DNA of 64,000 nt, from IMG/VR virus record IMGVR_UViG_3300029288_000059, positions 64,001 through 128,000 of that record; one strand, 5' to 3'. This DNA is from a virus. Its lineage: Duplodnaviria > Heunggongvirae > Uroviricota > Caudoviricetes. Under the pieces are notes generated by a model, which saw only the letters and a program-made list of their open reading frames with translations, searched no databases and was not told the origin of the DNA. A program made the position numbers and the translations under genes. This document shows, piece by piece, positions 60,995-64,000 of this stretch. How positions within the stretch are numbered: position 1 is the stretch's first letter; every line of letters begins with the position of its first letter.

Positions 60995-61127
60995 CGCTGT
61001 CTTCATCATGAATAAGTGACATTTGCCCACACGCTGCATTAGCTTGTATTTCTGCTTCGGTTGCAATGGCAATAGCACAATCAAATCCAACATCTTCAAC
61101 GGTTTTAAGTAATTCTTCTTTAGTCAT
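60987..61127 (-). CDS. 46-aa peptide corresponding to the RlmN C-terminal AACGQ segment
   Basis: MTKEELLKTVEDVGFDCAIAIATEAEIQANAACGQMSLIHDEDSDG; own AAGGAG RBS; overlaps the next start. Confidence 0.8.
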   Translation of the reverse strand: MTKEELLKTVEDVGFDCAIAIATEAEIQANAACGQMSLIHDEDSDG

Positions 61128-61139
61128 TTATATTACTCC

Positions 61140-62003
61140 TTATATGTTGTTCTTATAATGGAACAACGTTTTAATCCCCGATTCGTCCGAACTAACGTTT
61201 TCATTAATTGGGGATATCTTAATGAAGACTGTATCTTTATCGAACTGAGTAAGTAAGTCACTTGGTACAAACGGGGTATTTTCCGATAGTGCAAAGTTTA
61301 AAGTTACTTTCCATGGTCGATTAGGAATACTATTGTAATAGTATTTGATAAGTTCACCAAGTTCTTTATTATCAATTACTAATTTATTTTGAAGCCATTT
61401 ACGATAACTATTATCTGAGCTATGGATTGAAAACTGTAACTCGAGCCAATCTTTACCGTATATTAGTTCCAACTTCATTAACTTATTAACGAGTTTATAC
61501 GATTGACTTATACCAATGGTCGATATTTGAATTCTTGCCATTGGGTACTTATCTTTAATTAATCTAATACCGTCAATGACGTTATCGATATTTAGACTTG
61601 GTTCGCCCATACGAGTAAAGAGTACTCTGAATATTTCAGAATCATTAGGTGATTTAACCTTATTAGTAATAGTCAAAGTATGTTTAATGGCCATTTCAAC
61701 TTGGTCAAATATTTCCTGACTAGTTAAGTTTCTAAATCCTTGTTTTTCTGTTAGTTTATTAACGGCACAGAATTTACATTTTATTGGACAACCACTTTGA
61801 GTGGAAACGCCAATGCACCATTTTTCATTCCATAAATCCATATCTTTAAGATTTATATCTGTCGCATTGTTTTGTTTGCCGGTTATTCGTATTTCGGTAC
61901 TTTTTGGTAAACAGGTCGAAGTTGTTTCAATCTTCATATTATCATGTAACAATACAACCCCTACCCAACCGTTTGTAAATTTTCTAATCTTTGATAATTT
62001 CAT
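61140..62003 (-). CDS. RlmN/Cfr-like radical SAM protein lacking the C-terminal AACGQ segment
   Basis: IET, VSTQSGCPIKCKFC, RNLT..EIFDQV, RMGEP, ISTIG, LQFSIHS. Confidence 0.85.
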   Translation of the reverse strand: MKLSKIRKFTNGWVGVVLLHDNMKIETTSTCLPKSTEIRITGKQNNATDINLKDMDLWNEKWCIGVSTQSGCPIKCKFCAVNKLTEKQGFRNLTSQEIFDQVEMAIKHTLTITNKVKSPNDSEIFRVLFTRMGEPSLNIDNVIDGIRLIKDKYPMARIQISTIGISQSYKLVNKLMKLELIYGKDWLELQFSIHSSDNSYRKWLQNKLVIDNKELGELIKYYYNSIPNRPWKVTLNFALSENTPFVPSDLLTQFDKDTVFIKISPINENVSSDESGIKTLFHYKNNI

Positions 62004-62015
62004 GATAGAAAATCC

Positions 62016-62261
62016 TTATAATGAATACATTAATGTTTGTAATTGTTTTTTAAGTTGGGCGGTACATTTGACTTCTTCGAGTTCTACTAAAAAGCCATAA
62101 GTAAATGACCAAACTTTACAATCACATCCGCTTGCGTTGATTTGACCAATAAACATAACGGTACTATGTTTAACTACATAATAGTAACCGTCACATTTAA
62201 AGATACCATCTTTCTTAGTTTTAGCGTTCTCTATTAACTTTTGTAATATATCTCTTTTCAT
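62016..62261 (-). CDS. hypothetical early protein
   Basis: GAGG RBS plus early promoter. Confidence 0.55.
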   Translation of the reverse strand: MKRDILQKLIENAKTKKDGIFKCDGYYYVVKHSTVMFIGQINASGCDCKVWSFTYGFLVELEEVKCTAQLKKQLQTLMYSL

Positions 62262-62302
62262 AACTACCTCTATATGTTAATTTATAACTTTAATATAACA
62301 TA
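62261..62302. repeat. 42-bp direct repeat (promoter core plus RBS), second copy at 63228-63269
   Basis: taactacctctatatgttaatttataactttaatataacata is identical in both places. Confidence 0.85.
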
Positions 62303-62474
62303 AAACATACATACTGTCAAATGAAATAGTCATTATTATGATTCACGAATGGCTATTTGATTGTCGAAACTTTTTCAATATTCAATAGAAAATTCAAATG
62401 CTTTATTTTTAGATACAATTACCATTTCAAAATCGTCCATAAATAATAAGATTTTTTTACGTTATTAAACTGGT

Positions 62475-63224
62475 TTATAAATATCTATCCCAGTATGCCT
62501 CAATTAGACCGTAGCACCCCTCATCACTTACCCCTTCTGCAACTATGACGGATTTGTTATTTGGCAAAAAAATATAAATACTTATATATTCTGACCCACA
62601 AGAATGCGACCTTGTAATCACAAATACGTCACCTTTAAATTTTATTTTGTATCTTTCGCCTTCCTCTTTTTCAAGATATTCAAAACAATCAAAACAACCT
62701 AAATCTACAGTCACCCCTTCTTCCTTACGCCCTTCGGAGTTTATTATCTCTATAACTTCGTCCATGGTTTCTTTTTTGGTTACAACGAAATCACTACCCA
62801 AAAATATTAGGGCTTCTTGGTTCATGTACTCCGCGAAACCAAGAATATCCTGTGGGGTAATTTTGTAGCCAAAGCCAATAGCTGTTTTTATTTCGTCGAC
62901 GGTCGATTTATATCTATGTTTATTTTTTTTGAATCGGTTGCCCATTTCACCAAAAAACATATATTTTATGTCATCCGGTATTTCCCCATTAGTTTTTAAT
63001 GTGATAAAAATACGTGCATCTTGTATTTCTTTATCGGTAGCTATGTAAGAACGTTCTTCTACAAACCTAGAAGGTTTTTGGGTTGCAACATAATCAAGAA
63101 CCGCCATGTCTCCTATAAAACGGTAGATTACTTTAAAATTATCTATTTCCATAATTTGGCATGGGCGGCTAGTTTTTTTAGAATTTGAAAAAACTCTACC
63201 TGTATATATTTTATAATCACACAT
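62475..63224 (-). CDS. hypothetical early protein between the direct repeats
   Basis: 249-aa ORF with RBS/promoter inside the repeat. Confidence 0.6.
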   Translation of the reverse strand: MCDYKIYTGRVFSNSKKTSRPCQIMEIDNFKVIYRFIGDMAVLDYVATQKPSRFVEERSYIATDKEIQDARIFITLKTNGEIPDDIKYMFFGEMGNRFKKNKHRYKSTVDEIKTAIGFGYKITPQDILGFAEYMNQEALIFLGSDFVVTKKETMDEVIEIINSEGRKEEGVTVDLGCFDCFEYLEKEEGERYKIKFKGDVFVITRSHSCGSEYISIYIFLPNNKSVIVAEGVSDEGCYGLIEAYWDRYL

Positions 63225-63359
63225 TTGTAACTACCTCTATATGTTAATTTATAACTTTAATATAACATAGGCTTAATTAGTTGTCAACTTCAATATTGAC
63301 ATTATGTTAAAATAACGTTATAAATATTTCATAATTTTAAACAGGAGTGAGTTTGAACA

Positions 63360-64000
63360 ATGTTACCTGTAACAACTGATAGTCTTTCTTTATATATGTA
63401 CCAAATCAAACAATTTCCATTGTTGACATTGGAAGAAGAAATGGATTTGGCGAATCGATATATACAATCACAGGATGTAAATGCCGCATATAAATTAGTC
63501 ACAAGTCATTTACGCTACGCCGCTAGTATAGCATTCAAATATAGGGGTTATGGTTTGCCGATGATGGATATTATATCCGAAGCTAATATTGGACTAATGA
63601 AAGCTCTTAAACGATATGATCCAACAATAGGTAGGTTTGTAACGTATTCTCGGTTATGGATTAAAGCTCAAATACATGAATTTCTATTAGCTAATGTGTC
63701 AATGTTAAAGATATGTAGTAATAAGACTCGTTCAAAACTACTAAAGGGATTACATAATTTAACTCGGCAGTTACATTATTGTCAAGATATTGAACAAACA
63801 TATATTACTGTTGCTAAAGACATAGATGTAACCGTAGATGAACTTAGAGAGTTCCAACAGAGGTTTTACCCTACTATATCATTAAATTGTCCACAGGATG
63901 AAAACTCATCGGCGGCAACATTACAAGATAGAATTGTCGATGAAACACCATTAGTAGAGGAAGTATTAATCGAAGAACAAGAAACTACTAATGTTAATAA
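63360..64000 (+). CDS. RpoH (sigma32)-like sigma factor, runs off the window end
   Basis: MLPVTTDSLSLY..FPLLTLEEE..KLVTSHLR..YRGYGLPMMDIISEANIGLMKALKRYDP..WIKAQIHEF. Confidence 0.85.
   Translation, partial: MLPVTTDSLSLYMYQIKQFPLLTLEEEMDLANRYIQSQDVNAAYKLVTSHLRYAASIAFKYRGYGLPMMDIISEANIGLMKALKRYDPTIGRFVTYSRLWIKAQIHEFLLANVSMLKICSNKTRSKLLKGLHNLTRQLHYCQDIEQTYITVAKDIDVTVDELREFQQRFYPTISLNCPQDENSSAATLQDRIVDETPLVEEVLIEEQETTNVN

Noticed and set aside
60995-61099. ORF-track N-terminal extension of the second radical SAM gene
   Set aside because: This interval encodes the AACGQ peptide in another frame; the radical SAM gene most plausibly starts at ATG 60994
1412-62999. Short antisense or overlapping ORFs in the track (e.g. 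1412, 2898, 3822, 4167, 7480, 13249, 30894, 45170, 61801, 62647)
   Set aside because: They lie opposite or inside well-supported genes, with no RBS or recognisable motifs
1-64000. tRNA, rRNA genes or CRISPR arrays
   Set aside because: None recognised by eye; intergenic gaps are short and AT-rich; tRNAscan-SE would be needed to exclude them

Overview
This is an AT-rich (~30% GC by eye) segment of a jumbo T4-like myovirus genome; the baseplate architecture resembles Rak2-like jumbo phages and the host is probably a proteobacterium. Structural genes (gp6-like wedge, gp25, gp14-like neck, LamG/cadherin-like fibres, gp38-like adhesin) mostly follow T4-type late promoters (TATAAATA). They are interleaved with accessory genes behind a repeated sigma70-like early promoter. 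Enzymes include RNA ligase 1, PhoH, QueD, a NUDIX hydrolase, an SF2 helicase, UvsY, ThyX, RNase H, a PNK-like kinase, NADAR, a CoaE-HD-CoaD fusion and an RpoH-like sigma factor. Four observations stand out. (1) An RlmN-like radical SAM enzyme is split: its C-terminal AACGQ cysteine motif is on a separate 46-aa peptide missing from the ORF track, it has Gly at the resolving-Cys position, and it shares an operon with a second radical SAM enzyme and a methyltransferase. (2) At least 13 small genes share an N-terminal R-x-[LI]-E-P-Y motif, many carrying variable 21-aa LRRs, and they appear to exchange LRR DNA with two PcfJ-LRR proteins. (3) Six proteins with five unrelated bodies share an MVNILKLLNE leader that resembles a capsid-targeting signal. 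(4) Three IS607-type TnpB elements have TGT-bounded ends and a covarying omegaRNA pseudoknot, and their interrupted host genes can be reconstructed. All calls come from reading motifs by eye; no database searches were run.
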